DNA of 64,000 nucleotides from an uncultured cyanobacterium. GTDB lineage: Bacteria; Cyanobacteriota; Cyanobacteriia; Pseudanabaenales; Pseudanabaenaceae. Below, piece by piece: positions 10,124 through 20,246 of this stretch. Below the pieces are notes generated by a model that made no database searches, had not been told where the DNA came from, and saw only the letters and a program-made list of their open reading frames with translations. Numbering within the stretch: position 1 is the first letter of the stretch; every line of letters begins with the position of its first letter. A program made the position numbers and the translations under genes. The stretch spans positions 864,001-928,000 of the forward strand of contig OY969811.1 of assembly GCA_963703315.1 (NCBI GenBank), given 5' to 3'.

Positions 10124-10273
10124 GCGATCGCCACCACCTATATCAGATTGATTAATATATAATATTTTTATGAAATCCGTCTAGCAAACCAAGATCCTCT
10201 AGGCTTCACTGGGTAAGTCGTACATGGTTGGTAAACTTTCGCGAGGCGATCGCGGTGGAAAAGTTTGATACAT
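10124..10273 (-). pseudogene. Fused relics: Uma2 endonuclease N-terminus plus GT4 N-terminus
   Basis: MYQTFPPRSPRESLPTMYDLPSE(fs)LEDLGLLDGFH, then (ATA)KILYINQSDIGGG ending at GCGATCGC. Confidence 0.65.
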
Positions 10274-10335
10274 ATTGTTAACCTCAATCATGATCCTGTT
10301 TTTTAATTTAGTATTGCTTTGGGACAAAAAAGCGA

Positions 10336-10767
10336 TCAGAGTTTGATCTTTACTTCACTTGATGATATGCCTACAAATCTAGTTTTATCTTGTTCACCAA
10401 CATAAGGACCTTGTTTGACTTCGATCATTTCAATTTCTTCTAATACTTCAAAGCCATGTCCGCCAGTAACTAGCAAAATCACATCACCTGATTCAAGGAT
10501 ACGGCTCTCTAGATATTGTTGGCGATCGTCATAAAAATCAACTCGTAATTTACCTTTTTTGATAAATAACACTTCTTGGGTATAAGTTACCTCTCTGAGA
10601 ACAGGGTTATGCACATGAGGTTCGATGATTTTGCCTGTGGGGTGATGCATATAGGCAAGTTGTTGAGACAATTCATTTGGTGTGAAAAAATGTATGCCTT
10701 GCTTATTGAATTTATCTGAAACGATTACTGCTAGTAATTGTCCTTCATGAGTAATATTTTCAATCAT
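10336..10767 (-). CDS. Cupin-fold protein of perosamine/O-antigen loci
   Basis: PHVHN, TQEVL, GGHGF, EVKQGPY cupin motifs. Confidence 0.85.
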   Translation of the reverse strand: MIENITHEGQLLAVIVSDKFNKQGIHFFTPNELSQQLAYMHHPTGKIIEPHVHNPVLREVTYTQEVLFIKKGKLRVDFYDDRQQYLESRILESGDVILLVTGGHGFEVLEEIEMIEVKQGPYVGEQDKTRFVGISSSEVKIKL

Positions 10768-10768
10768 T

Positions 10769-11677
10769 TTAAACCTCCTGCCAATCTAGATGTTTGACTT
10801 GTTCCCATCGAAGCCTTTGAGCTAGTTTGGTGTATGGATTATCATGGCAAGATTCGATAGATACTTCAGGAAAGTAATTTTGTCCAACATCATTTCTCAT
10901 GAAGAAACAATTAAATCCATAGCGGTGAGAGCCAATGAGACGATATCCTTTGGTTTGACATAGTTTAACAGTCGCCAATAAAGAAGCACTTCGATAGTCT
11001 TGTTGGTCAACTGGTTGATTTAGGTAGTAAAAATTAGGATCATATTTAGCTGTAATGGATAAATGGGAAGGAATTGCATTATGAGTTTCAAAAACACATA
11101 CTCTAGGTTGAATACATTCAATAGCTTTCCATACCCAATAGTCCATACCATCAATATCTAAGCTGAGTAAGTCAACTTCACCAATAGCTCCAGAATCTGT
11201 TAACACTTGATTAACATTTTCGGCTGTAAACCAAGCCTTCTTAAATGTAGGCGGCATTAAAAAAGTTTGTTTATGCTTAGCAAAAAAGTTTTGCCCAGAT
11301 TTTACGTTGTCTTCTGACCCGTCAAAGAGATAACCTTGCCAACCATGATTAATAATCAGGTTGGCTGCCATGCATTCTTGACCATCACCCGCACAAATTT
11401 CAACTACTTTTCTGTGAGTAGAACCAATCAAAGAGAAGATATAAAGTAAAATACCATCTTCTTCAAATTGAGAATAAGCTTTAAAGCCTACTTCATCAAA
11501 TTTTGGTAGTTGTTTAGGACTGTCTTTAAGATATTCCTTATATTTAAGTTTCAATAATGTCTGAATTTCTTGAGATGAAGATTTACTTTCTAGTTCATGA
11601 ATTTTACTTTCTATAAACCCAATCTTAGAAGGTAATTTCATAACTGTCTTGATTTTTTGTTTGATCTTGTTCAACAT
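10769..11677 (-). CDS. FkbM-like methyltransferase
   Basis: YSQFEEDGIL, VEICAGDG, DLLSLDIDGMDYW. Confidence 0.8.
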   Translation of the reverse strand: MLNKIKQKIKTVMKLPSKIGFIESKIHELESKSSSQEIQTLLKLKYKEYLKDSPKQLPKFDEVGFKAYSQFEEDGILLYIFSLIGSTHRKVVEICAGDGQECMAANLIINHGWQGYLFDGSEDNVKSGQNFFAKHKQTFLMPPTFKKAWFTAENVNQVLTDSGAIGEVDLLSLDIDGMDYWVWKAIECIQPRVCVFETHNAIPSHLSITAKYDPNFYYLNQPVDQQDYRSASLLATVKLCQTKGYRLIGSHRYGFNCFFMRNDVGQNYFPEVSIESCHDNPYTKLAQRLRWEQVKHLDWQEV

Positions 11678-11679
11678 AA

Positions 11680-12714
11680 CTAGTTTAAATTATTAAAATA
11701 AATATTTGGTAATTTATAATCCCAGTAATCTGCTTTGAGAATCCAATTTAGAAGTAGAGGATTTTCATGAATAGCATTTTGATGAAATTGAGATCCAGCA
11801 TTCATTGATTTGAGGAGATGAGATTTGAGAAATAGTTCTTCGGACTTTAAGATAGGGTTATTGAATATTTGTTCTTTTGATTTTTTTAATAGAGACTTTA
11901 TTTGAGTTTTAATTTCGTTAAATATATTTACTTTAGGTAAATGTCCTAACTCCCTAATTTTAGTATAGGAATTGCAAACACCCTGATAAAAGTATCGTTG
12001 TTCAAAATATTCATGGGTCATCCTACTTTTAGGGACTTGATGCATCACTAACGCTTTGGGTTGGTAAATTGCTTTATAACCTAGCTGATTAGCTTTTATG
12101 GTCAAGCCTGTTTCCCCGTTACCTTGAAAATGTTGTAAATGTTTGGGAATACAATCAGGGTGAAAGCCACCTAAGTCAAATAGTGCTTGTCGGCGAATAG
12201 AAAAATTTAAACCCCAAACATAGTTAGCATCTATTTCTCGAACTTGCTCACCAAAGTCAAGAAGACTAAGTTCTCCTAGCCATTTGCCAAATGGATGGTC
12301 AACCCAAAACCAATTTAACCATTCAGGAGGTTCAGTTTCATATTTAGGTAAGTTTCGACCTCCTACTAACTGAACTGATGGATCTTGAAAAGATTCATAG
12401 ATTGCTGATAGCCAATTTAGATCTGCTTCAATGTCATCATCAACAAAAATTAAAATATCACTTTTTGCTTCTAATACTCCACGATGACGACCTGAAAGCA
12501 ATCCTGGTTCTGGTTCATAGATATAGCGAATGTGATGATTATTAAATAATGAGCTAATTGTTTGAGTACTTACTTTAGTATTATCAACTGAACCATTGTC
12601 AATCACTAAAATCTCATATTGATCAATATTAAAGTATTGACGAACTAATGAAATAAGACATTCTCTTAAATATTTATCACGATTAAGAGTAGGAATAATT
12701 ATTGATATCAGCAT
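11680..12714 (-). CDS. Glycosyltransferase family 2
   Basis: SIIIPTLNR, VIDNGSVD, FVDDD. Confidence 0.93.
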   Translation of the reverse strand: MLISIIIPTLNRDKYLRECLISLVRQYFNIDQYEILVIDNGSVDNTKVSTQTISSLFNNHHIRYIYEPEPGLLSGRHRGVLEAKSDILIFVDDDIEADLNWLSAIYESFQDPSVQLVGGRNLPKYETEPPEWLNWFWVDHPFGKWLGELSLLDFGEQVREIDANYVWGLNFSIRRQALFDLGGFHPDCIPKHLQHFQGNGETGLTIKANQLGYKAIYQPKALVMHQVPKSRMTHEYFEQRYFYQGVCNSYTKIRELGHLPKVNIFNEIKTQIKSLLKKSKEQIFNNPILKSEELFLKSHLLKSMNAGSQFHQNAIHENPLLLNWILKADYWDYKLPNIYFNNLN

Positions 12715-12735
12715 ATATTTTTAGATATTTTTAAT

Positions 12736-13926
12736 CTACTTTACAAATGCAAATAGCATTCTGTTGAAGTTTCCTGTGAATACACCTTGAGAATCACTGT
12801 CTCTTCCTAGTTTATAGGATTTCTTAAAACTTGTATTTGAGATTATCCATTCTTCAATAGTATCAACATTCCATCCTTTTAAAGAGTTTGAAAACCATTT
12901 TTCATCCTCTTCACCCATTTCAAAAAAAAGAACTTTACCAGTATATTTATCTAAAAATCTTAATAATTCTTGAGAGTTTCTTTTTTCCCTTTGACTTATG
13001 AAATGATGCATTATACTTAAACAGCTAACTACATCATATTCCTTATTAGATGATTTAAAAAATCTAATAATTTCATTTTTGAATATCTTGTTTTTAGTGT
13101 TAGTAAAAACAATCTCTCCTATTTGGATAGGTATATTGTCTTTTTCTACTCCGTATGCTTCAAAACCAATACTTAGAAACCTACTTACAAACCATCCATA
13201 GTAGCAACCTAAATCTAAGTAGGTAGTGTAACGTGGCTCTATTCCAATCGTATCTAAAAGGAAAGATTTCATCCTAGAAAATCTATCTTCACAATTTCGA
13301 GCTAATACCCATTGTGATTCTAATTCAGGACATGGCAAAGGTTGATATAATATTTTTTCTCCCTGCTCCCACTGAAGATTTTCAAGAAGAAATTGAATGG
13401 GAGTAGTCTCTTTCTTCCTGATATTAACTTTGGCTTTAATATGAGAAATATTATTTGCTATAGCAAAAGCAACACGATGATTCCCCTGTATAAGCTGGAA
13501 GCAGTCAGAATCCTTAATAGGGATAACTTCAATTAATTCTCCATCTTTTGAATGTCCTTCTGAAGGTAAATGAGAAATATCTTCTTTATTAAAAAGTTTG
13601 ATAAAGCGCTCTGCCGCTAAATATATTGTTTCATCTGTATCTATTTGAGGGAAATATCCACCAAATAAGTCTATGCAAGTTTGAGCATTTTTAAAATAAG
13701 CTGTTTTTTCAAAAAAATCTTTGTCTAACACCTTATCTTTATACTTAATATAGTCAAGGAGTAGTTGTGAATGCGGGCTAGTTTCTGCTCTGGTTGAAGG
13801 ACGTAAGTAGTCGCCCGTCATCAAAGCATATTTATAACCTGATAAATCATTCTCTCCTCCTAACAGGATTTTAGAAAGTGGTATCGATTGAATTTTAAAT
13901 TTCGTGATTTCAAATAATGATCTCAT
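12736..13926 (-). CDS. ParB/Srx-like domain fused to class I SAM methyltransferase
   Basis: FQLIQGNHRVAFA in the N-half; YLDLGCYYGWF and DVVSCLSIMHH in the C-half. Confidence 0.65.
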   Translation of the reverse strand: MRSLFEITKFKIQSIPLSKILLGGENDLSGYKYALMTGDYLRPSTRAETSPHSQLLLDYIKYKDKVLDKDFFEKTAYFKNAQTCIDLFGGYFPQIDTDETIYLAAERFIKLFNKEDISHLPSEGHSKDGELIEVIPIKDSDCFQLIQGNHRVAFAIANNISHIKAKVNIRKKETTPIQFLLENLQWEQGEKILYQPLPCPELESQWVLARNCEDRFSRMKSFLLDTIGIEPRYTTYLDLGCYYGWFVSRFLSIGFEAYGVEKDNIPIQIGEIVFTNTKNKIFKNEIIRFFKSSNKEYDVVSCLSIMHHFISQREKRNSQELLRFLDKYTGKVLFFEMGEEDEKWFSNSLKGWNVDTIEEWIISNTSFKKSYKLGRDSDSQGVFTGNFNRMLFAFVK

Positions 13927-13929
13927 AGT

Positions 13930-14904
13930 CTAACCAATATTTTGATTTAGTAGAAATTCATAAACAGTGTTTTTCTTTTGAGGAGAAAAATTATTTCCAT
14001 AGAAAGTTAATTTGTGTATTGTACTCATCTGTTTTATTTGTTCAAATCGATCAGAGTTAAAAGTATTGAAAAGTTCTAATTGAAGAATATGGGGTGGAAT
14101 ATTACTGACGAAAGGAGTTTGATGCCATTCAGAAGCTGCTAGTTTATTTCTTTCAATTACCAGCCTAAGCAGAAGATGAAAATAATAGTGGTGATAGCAG
14201 GTTTCATTATATCTCCAAAATTCTGCCATGATATCTCGTAATGCTTTCATTAAAAAGCTGTTTTTATGACTATATAAAAACCAACTGGAGCATAAAAGAG
14301 TTCCTCGTCCACACAATTCAAGTGGAGTAACTGAGAAAGCAAAAAATGGACTTTGATAAATAAAGTCTGGAATAGCATCACTTAAATAAATAGTTGCATC
14401 AACCCATATACCTCCATATTCTGCTAATAGAAAACAACGTAGTATATCTGAGAAATTGACATTTGATATTTTTCCATTTTTCTTTTTATCATATATATAG
14501 TTTGGTATTTCAACATAGTCTTCTATATTATTCTTGTCTAAAAAAATCGTTTTTTTAGCATAGCCATTTACTTCAAAAGATTTTGCACAGGCTTTAACTA
14601 TACTAGGTTGATCGAATTTTCCTTGATACCAAAATCTCCATATCGTATGTGAAAGTTGATTTTCAATATTTACATTATCACTATAGTTATTGTAAGTTAT
14701 GTTCAAATTTAAATGACTTAACGATGCAAAGTTTTGATAGGAAATTTTTTCCAAAATAATATCAGAAACAATTTCTTGATCTTCACAAGATAAAGAGAAG
14801 AAAAGCTTTATTTGATTGAATATAAATTTTATTCTTGTATATTGGCTAACATATTTATTTGCTTTTTTTTTAATCAACTTAGATATACGAGTAAGATTAA
14901 ACAT
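13930..14904 (-). CDS. Capsular polysaccharide synthesis protein (DXD glycosyltransferase)
   Basis: IWRFWYQG, FSDILRCFLLAEYGGIWVDAT, IHKLT. Confidence 0.88.
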   Translation of the reverse strand: MFNLTRISKLIKKKANKYVSQYTRIKFIFNQIKLFFSLSCEDQEIVSDIILEKISYQNFASLSHLNLNITYNNYSDNVNIENQLSHTIWRFWYQGKFDQPSIVKACAKSFEVNGYAKKTIFLDKNNIEDYVEIPNYIYDKKKNGKISNVNFSDILRCFLLAEYGGIWVDATIYLSDAIPDFIYQSPFFAFSVTPLELCGRGTLLCSSWFLYSHKNSFLMKALRDIMAEFWRYNETCYHHYYFHLLLRLVIERNKLAASEWHQTPFVSNIPPHILQLELFNTFNSDRFEQIKQMSTIHKLTFYGNNFSPQKKNTVYEFLLNQNIG

Positions 14905-14920
14905 TTGTATATTTTCCTAA

Positions 14921-16180
14921 TCAAACTAATGTTAGAGGCAAGCTTAACCAACTACAGTCACTTAATATACTTCCCATTCCTGAATCTGGTAGTCTTCCAG
15001 TTTTATAGTAATCAAACGGATATACTTCAATACTAAATACTGATTCCCAATACTCTAAAAATAAATTGTTCTCGTAAATACTGAATGATATATCATAAAT
15101 TCCAACAGATAATGGAAGCTTTTCTACAGTTGCATATATTTGAGAAGGTTTATCAATCTTAAAGCTAGATTGGGACTGAAAACGACTACTAATAGTCATT
15201 ATTCTATTGCCAGATGTACTAAATATAGCTATTTGAAAATCAATATTTGGTATGTTTACACTTTGGTGAAATTCAAAGCAAAATTTTATCCCTGAACCAC
15301 ATGGGAAAGAGTTAGTTTTCTCATTACTTATATTCATGCAATAAAAATCAAAATTAGAATTTCTAAATACATATTTATCAACACAATGAGTTTTTTTGTT
15401 TGAGTTCCAGTACTGATTTATACAATCATTAGTAGGTGAATTTCCCACTAAACTACCTTTTTCAATTAGAAAAGATAAAGGACATAATTTTTCTATCGCT
15501 GCCATGTTATGACTTACAAATAAAACTGTTCTTCCCTCCTTTTCTGCGACATCTTCCATCTTGCCTAAACATTTTTTCTGAAAAGCGGCATCCCCTACTG
15601 CTAAGACTTCATCGACGATCAAAATTTCTGGTTCTAGGTGTGCGGCTACGGCAAAGGCTAGACGGACATACATCCCTGAAGAATAACGCTTAACTGGGGT
15701 GTCTAAAAACTTTTCAACTTCGGCGAAAGCGACAATCTCATCGAATTTTTTTTTGATTTCAGAACGATCCATTCCTAAAATTGCACCATTGAGATAAATA
15801 TTTTCTCTACCAGTTAATTCTGGATGGAAGCCTGTGCCAACTTCTAAGAGACTTGCCACTCTGCCCTTGATCGAGATTTTGCCTGAAGTTGGCTCCGTAA
15901 TGCGGCTCAGGATTTTTAATAATGTGGATTTGCCTGCACCGTTGCGTCCGATGATGCCAACCCGATCGCCTTGTTTAATTTCAAAATTTACATCCTTGAG
16001 CGCCCAAAATTCTTCACTGACATCATCTAGAGATGGCTGGCGATCGCCTGTTAAGTTTTGCCAAAAATTCTTTGCCCCGTTAGAAATCACATCACGCAAA
16101 GCCGTATAACGTTCTTGCTTTTGATGACCAATAATATATTTCTTACTTAAATTTTCGACTTTAATTACAACATCAGACAT
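14921..16180 (-). CDS. wzt: Polysaccharide ABC exporter ATPase with C-terminal carbohydrate-binding domain
   Basis: GRNGAGKS, LLEVGTGFHPELTGRENI, YSSGMYVRLAF, DEVLAVGD; Wzt_C-like tail. Confidence 0.93.
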   Translation of the reverse strand: MSDVVIKVENLSKKYIIGHQKQERYTALRDVISNGAKNFWQNLTGDRQPSLDDVSEEFWALKDVNFEIKQGDRVGIIGRNGAGKSTLLKILSRITEPTSGKISIKGRVASLLEVGTGFHPELTGRENIYLNGAILGMDRSEIKKKFDEIVAFAEVEKFLDTPVKRYSSGMYVRLAFAVAAHLEPEILIVDEVLAVGDAAFQKKCLGKMEDVAEKEGRTVLFVSHNMAAIEKLCPLSFLIEKGSLVGNSPTNDCINQYWNSNKKTHCVDKYVFRNSNFDFYCMNISNEKTNSFPCGSGIKFCFEFHQSVNIPNIDFQIAIFSTSGNRIMTISSRFQSQSSFKIDKPSQIYATVEKLPLSVGIYDISFSIYENNLFLEYWESVFSIEVYPFDYYKTGRLPDSGMGSILSDCSWLSLPLTLV

Positions 16181-16303
16181 TTTTTGGCACGTTTCCAGTC
16201 CTTAGGTTATTTGGCAAAGAATAGTCGTTCACAATATTTCAGAAGAATTTTGTTCACTTGTTCTAGAAATAGTAACAGCACAAAGCGCCGTTACTAGATT
16301 CTC

Positions 16304-16765
16304 CTAAAACTGCTGTTGCAAAAGCGTTGGTGCAACTACACGAAAAGGCTCTGCACCTAGAGATTTAGGGTCAATCCGCCAACGATCTTCTTGTGTGCTG
16401 TACTCGGCAATTTTTTGATCGCGACGATTGTGAAGTACCAGATCAAAATTTTGCTTTTGAGCTTCAGTACCGAGTTTAAATAGAAAACTAAAGCGTTGCA
16501 GATAGTCCGATGCTGTCCATCTCGTTGTATTGATGGTAACGATCGCTTTTTTTAAAGAAGGATCAATGGCAATATTTTCGACCCAGCCTTCTTGTAAGCG
16601 CTGCGATTTCCACCACAGGCTTGGTTCGACAGGAGTTTGAGGTATGGTGACTTTTTCCTCAGCGATCGCCGCGTGATTAGCGATAGTTATCGGGGCGATC
16701 GCCGCAATACCTATTGCTAGTAACACATGATTAACAACTTTCTTGTTAGTCATCTTCAACCTCAT
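16304..16765 (-). CDS. Hypothetical exported protein
   Basis: Signal-peptide-like N-terminus; PSLWW motif. Confidence 0.7.
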   Translation of the reverse strand: MRLKMTNKKVVNHVLLAIGIAAIAPITIANHAAIAEEKVTIPQTPVEPSLWWKSQRLQEGWVENIAIDPSLKKAIVTINTTRWTASDYLQRFSFLFKLGTEAQKQNFDLVLHNRRDQKIAEYSTQEDRWRIDPKSLGAEPFRVVAPTLLQQQF

Positions 16766-16855
16766 AGTATATTTTCAGGGCTTAAAAAACATTATAATCG
16801 CTTAAGAAAGCACAAGCGGACACAAAGTTCCCCTATTCAATCAGGAGTAATACTC

Positions 16856-17479
16856 ATGCCAGTTGTGGCAGTGATCGACTATGACATGGGTAACTTGCAC
16901 TCAGCCTGCAAAGGTTTAGAGATTGCAGGGGCAACCCCAATTGTAACCAATGATCCCCAAAAGTTAGCTGCTGCCGATGGCATCGTTTTACCTGGTGTGG
17001 GTTCCTTTGATCCTGCAATGCAAAAGTTACGGGCGAACCACCTAGAGAAACCTATTCATCAGGCGATCGCCTCAGGCAAGCCATTTTTAGGAATTTGCTT
17101 AGGAATGCAAATCCTGTTTGAGAGTAGTGAAGAAGGGCAAGAAACGGGGTTAGGGATCATTCAAGGCAAAGTGAAAAGGTTTATTCATGAGCCAAATCTA
17201 ACCATTCCCCACATGGGCTGGAACCAACTAGAATTAACTCAGGCTGATTGTCCACTTTGGCAAAACTTAGGAACTAGTCCTTGGATGTATTTCGTGCATT
17301 CCTACTACACGGCTCCTATTGATCAGGCAGTGACGGCAGCGACTACCACTCATGGCAGTCAAACAGTGACTGTGGCGATCGCGAAAGATAATGTGATGGC
17401 TGTGCAGTTTCATCCAGAAAAATCATCCACTGACGGGATACATTTACTAGCAAATTTCGTCAGAATGATGAGCGCGTAG
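16856..17479 (+). CDS. hisH: Imidazole glycerol phosphate synthase subunit HisH
   Basis: IDYDMGNL, LPGVG, GICLGMQ, PHMGWN, QFHPEKS; AGGAG RBS before ATG 16856. Confidence 0.96.
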   Translation: MPVVAVIDYDMGNLHSACKGLEIAGATPIVTNDPQKLAAADGIVLPGVGSFDPAMQKLRANHLEKPIHQAIASGKPFLGICLGMQILFESSEEGQETGLGIIQGKVKRFIHEPNLTIPHMGWNQLELTQADCPLWQNLGTSPWMYFVHSYYTAPIDQAVTAATTTHGSQTVTVAIAKDNVMAVQFHPEKSSTDGIHLLANFVRMMSA

Positions 17480-17505
17480 CATAATAATAGAGTCTTGAGA
17501 GATTT

Positions 17506-18036
17506 ATGAAGATCCAAATGATCAAAAAACTAGGTATTGTTTCTTGTTTGGCTGTGGCTTGTGTAGCCGTTGCCCCTTCAATAGTTCGCGCCCAAGGTAA
17601 TGCAGGATTTACGCTGCAATGGGGTAACGAAAAGGACAATATACTCGACTATTGCCTTGATAATAGCGGCAGTGGTCGTAGCTCTCGCTATTATTTAGAA
17701 ATTCAGCCCCAAAAATTTAAATTCTCTGAGATTATCATTACCTATCCTGAGCATTTCAATGGCAAGTTTGATACTGAAGACATCAAACTACGGGTAACTA
17801 CTGACTGTCGTGGGGGCAAAGAAGTAGCCATTGAAACACCTGTTTGGGATAAAGAAACTCGCCGCCTCACTATCGTTCCTAAGGAAGCAATTCCTTCCAA
17901 GACCCCACTAAGAGTAGTGCTGTCAAATGTGCGAAATCCAGACTATAGTGGCTTCTATAAGCTTGATGCTAGGGTATTACGCGCTGATGTGCCTGTACCA
18001 GTTGTTGTTGGCTCATGGATGATTACCCTTGACTAA
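17506..18036 (+). CDS. DUF2808 domain exported protein
   Basis: Signal peptide; RYYL, ITYP..F.GKFD, LSNVRNP..G.Y. Confidence 0.8.
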   Translation: MKIQMIKKLGIVSCLAVACVAVAPSIVRAQGNAGFTLQWGNEKDNILDYCLDNSGSGRSSRYYLEIQPQKFKFSEIIITYPEHFNGKFDTEDIKLRVTTDCRGGKEVAIETPVWDKETRRLTIVPKEAIPSKTPLRVVLSNVRNPDYSGFYKLDARVLRADVPVPVVVGSWMITLD

Positions 18037-18136
18037 AGTAATCAAGACTCTTTAAATGAGCAGAATAGTAGAGGGGGATGCAACGCATCCCCCTCTACTG
18101 TCTGGATTTTCAGAAACTCAGCAAATTGCACGAAAT

Positions 18137-18913
18137 ATGAACATTCTGATTAGTAATGATGACGGGATTTATGCACCTGGGGTGAGGGCGCTGGCTGAAG
18201 TCCTAAGTGAAACTGAGCATCGCATTACGGTTGTATGTCCCGATCGCGAGCGATCGGCTACAGGTCATGCCCTCACTTTGCAAGAGCCGCTACGGGTCGA
18301 TCAAATCACGGGGATTTATCCTGAGAGCATAGAAGCTTGGGCTTGTTCAGGGACACCTTCGGATACGGTGAAATTAGCGCTTGATGCCCTATTAGGCGAT
18401 CGCCCTGATCTGGTGCTATCAGGTATTAATCGCGGTGCAAATTTAGGAACTGATGTCTTATATTCAGGAACAGTATCAGCAGCAATGGAAGGTGTCCTAG
18501 AAGGTGTGCCAAGTATTGCCTTTAGTCTTGCAAGCTTTGCTCATCTGGACTTTAGCGCTGCTGCTAACTTTGCAAAAAAAATGGTACAGGCGATCGCCAA
18601 TCATCCACTCGAAGATCCAATTTTGCTCAATGTAAATATTCCCGCCATCCCAGAGTCAGATATTTGCGGTGCAGTCATCACCCGCCTAGGAATTCGTCGT
18701 TATCGTGATCAATTTGAGAAACGCATCGATCCGCGTGGCAAAACTTACTATTGGTTATCAGGAGTAATTATCGAAGAGGAAGCCGATGCCGATACCGATA
18801 TTCAAGCGATTAGAGATAATTACGTTACGATTACGCCGCTTAAGTATGACTTGACTTTCACGGCTGCTGTCCCTTTTATCAAAACATGGACAGAAAAATT
18901 ATTCTCCACCTAA
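18137..18913 (+). CDS. surE: 5'/3'-nucleotidase SurE
   Basis: [32 protein letters not shown]; start placed at MNILIS. Confidence 0.96.
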   Translation: MNILISNDDGIYAPGVRALAEVLSETEHRITVVCPDRERSATGHALTLQEPLRVDQITGIYPESIEAWACSGTPSDTVKLALDALLGDRPDLVLSGINRGANLGTDVLYSGTVSAAMEGVLEGVPSIAFSLASFAHLDFSAAANFAKKMVQAIANHPLEDPILLNVNIPAIPESDICGAVITRLGIRRYRDQFEKRIDPRGKTYYWLSGVIIEEEADADTDIQAIRDNYVTITPLKYDLTFTAAVPFIKTWTEKLFST

Positions 18914-19061
18914 GTAACAGCTACAAGGTGCCAAATTCTAGCGGCAATAGGCATTCTCAAAAGCGCTTAAGTTCCTGTCAAAGCTGATATGGATGTATAG
19001 GCTAATGTGCAAACGATATACTTAAGACATCGCGCCCAAAGAATCTGGCTGACTACTTGTT

Positions 19062-20246
19062 ATGAGTAAATTGGAAAAAATATCTATCAAAGGCTATCGC
19101 CGCCTGCAACAAGTCGATCTGGAAATGAGAGATCTTGTAGTCATGATTGGTGCAAATGGCTCAGGTAAGACATCTTTTTTAGATGCTATGTCAATGTTAG
19201 CTGCTTCAGCGAGTGGGAAGTTACATGAGTCATTACAAAGCAAAGGCGGGTTGAATGAAATTTTAACTAGAGGGCGATCGGACAAACTGCAAATAGGAAT
19301 ATTGGCTAAGGCATTAGATCAAGAAGATTTAACATACAGTCTAGCAATATCTCCTAAAGGTTTAGCTTATGAAATCACGCAAGAACATTTAACTAAGCAA
19401 CCAATTTCTGCAACTGAGAAAGTTAGTCATATTTTCCCAATGATTGGAGACAATCTTATTTCCAAAAGATACATTGAGTCTTATGGTTTAGGCATTAAAT
19501 ATTTTCGAGAAGATGATGCTATTTTAAGTCCTAATTGGGAACATAATTATCTGGAGACTTCTCTTTCTCAAGTTCCTAAAATGTATCAAGAACCTGAGAA
19601 TCTGCGAAAAAGTCTTGCTTCTTGTACTTATTATGGAGCGCTTGATGTTTCAGGGACAAGCCCAATCCGTCTACCTCAAGCCATGCGACCAGCGAAATTA
19701 CCGGGGGTAAGAGGTGAGGATTTAGTTTCTTGTCTTTATGATTTGAGAGAAAGTGATCGCGATCGCTTTGAAATGGTTGAGAGCATTATTTCTGCTGCAT
19801 TTCCAGATTTTGAGCGTTTAAATTTTCCTCCAGTTGCTGCGGGAACTATTTCTATGACTTGGAAGGATAGAAATTTTTCACAGCCTATATATATCCATGA
19901 GCTATCAGAAGGAACGCTCCGATTTCTTTGGTTAGTGGCACTGTTGCAAAGCCAAAACTTGTCAACAATTACTCTTTTAGATGAACCTGAAGTTAGTTTA
20001 CATCCAGACCTTTTAAGGCATTTAGTTTACTTGATGCGCGAGGCTTCCAAGCATACACAGTTAATCGTAGCAACACACTCAGATCGACTTATTCGATTTC
20101 TTGCACCCCATGAAGTTCTAATTTGCGATCTTGAAGATGGCGAGGCAAAAATGACATGGGCTGATACGCTCGATCTTGAGAAATGGCTGGAGGATTATAG
20201 TCTCGATCAACTTTGGTCAATGAATGTAATGGGTGGTCGTCCATGA
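19062..20246 (+). CDS. AAA_21/ABC-type ATPase (defence-associated type)
   Basis: GANGSGKT, LSEGTLRFL, LLDEPEVSLHP, VATHS. Confidence 0.88.
   Translation: MSKLEKISIKGYRRLQQVDLEMRDLVVMIGANGSGKTSFLDAMSMLAASASGKLHESLQSKGGLNEILTRGRSDKLQIGILAKALDQEDLTYSLAISPKGLAYEITQEHLTKQPISATEKVSHIFPMIGDNLISKRYIESYGLGIKYFREDDAILSPNWEHNYLETSLSQVPKMYQEPENLRKSLASCTYYGALDVSGTSPIRLPQAMRPAKLPGVRGEDLVSCLYDLRESDRDRFEMVESIISAAFPDFERLNFPPVAAGTISMTWKDRNFSQPIYIHELSEGTLRFLWLVALLQSQNLSTITLLDEPEVSLHPDLLRHLVYLMREASKHTQLIVATHSDRLIRFLAPHEVLICDLEDGEAKMTWADTLDLEKWLEDYSLDQLWSMNVMGGRP

Noticed and set aside
16727..18136. Long starts for hisH (16727) and surE (18056)
   Set aside because: Extensions overlap a divergent gene or a hairpin; conserved N-termini start at 16856 and 18137
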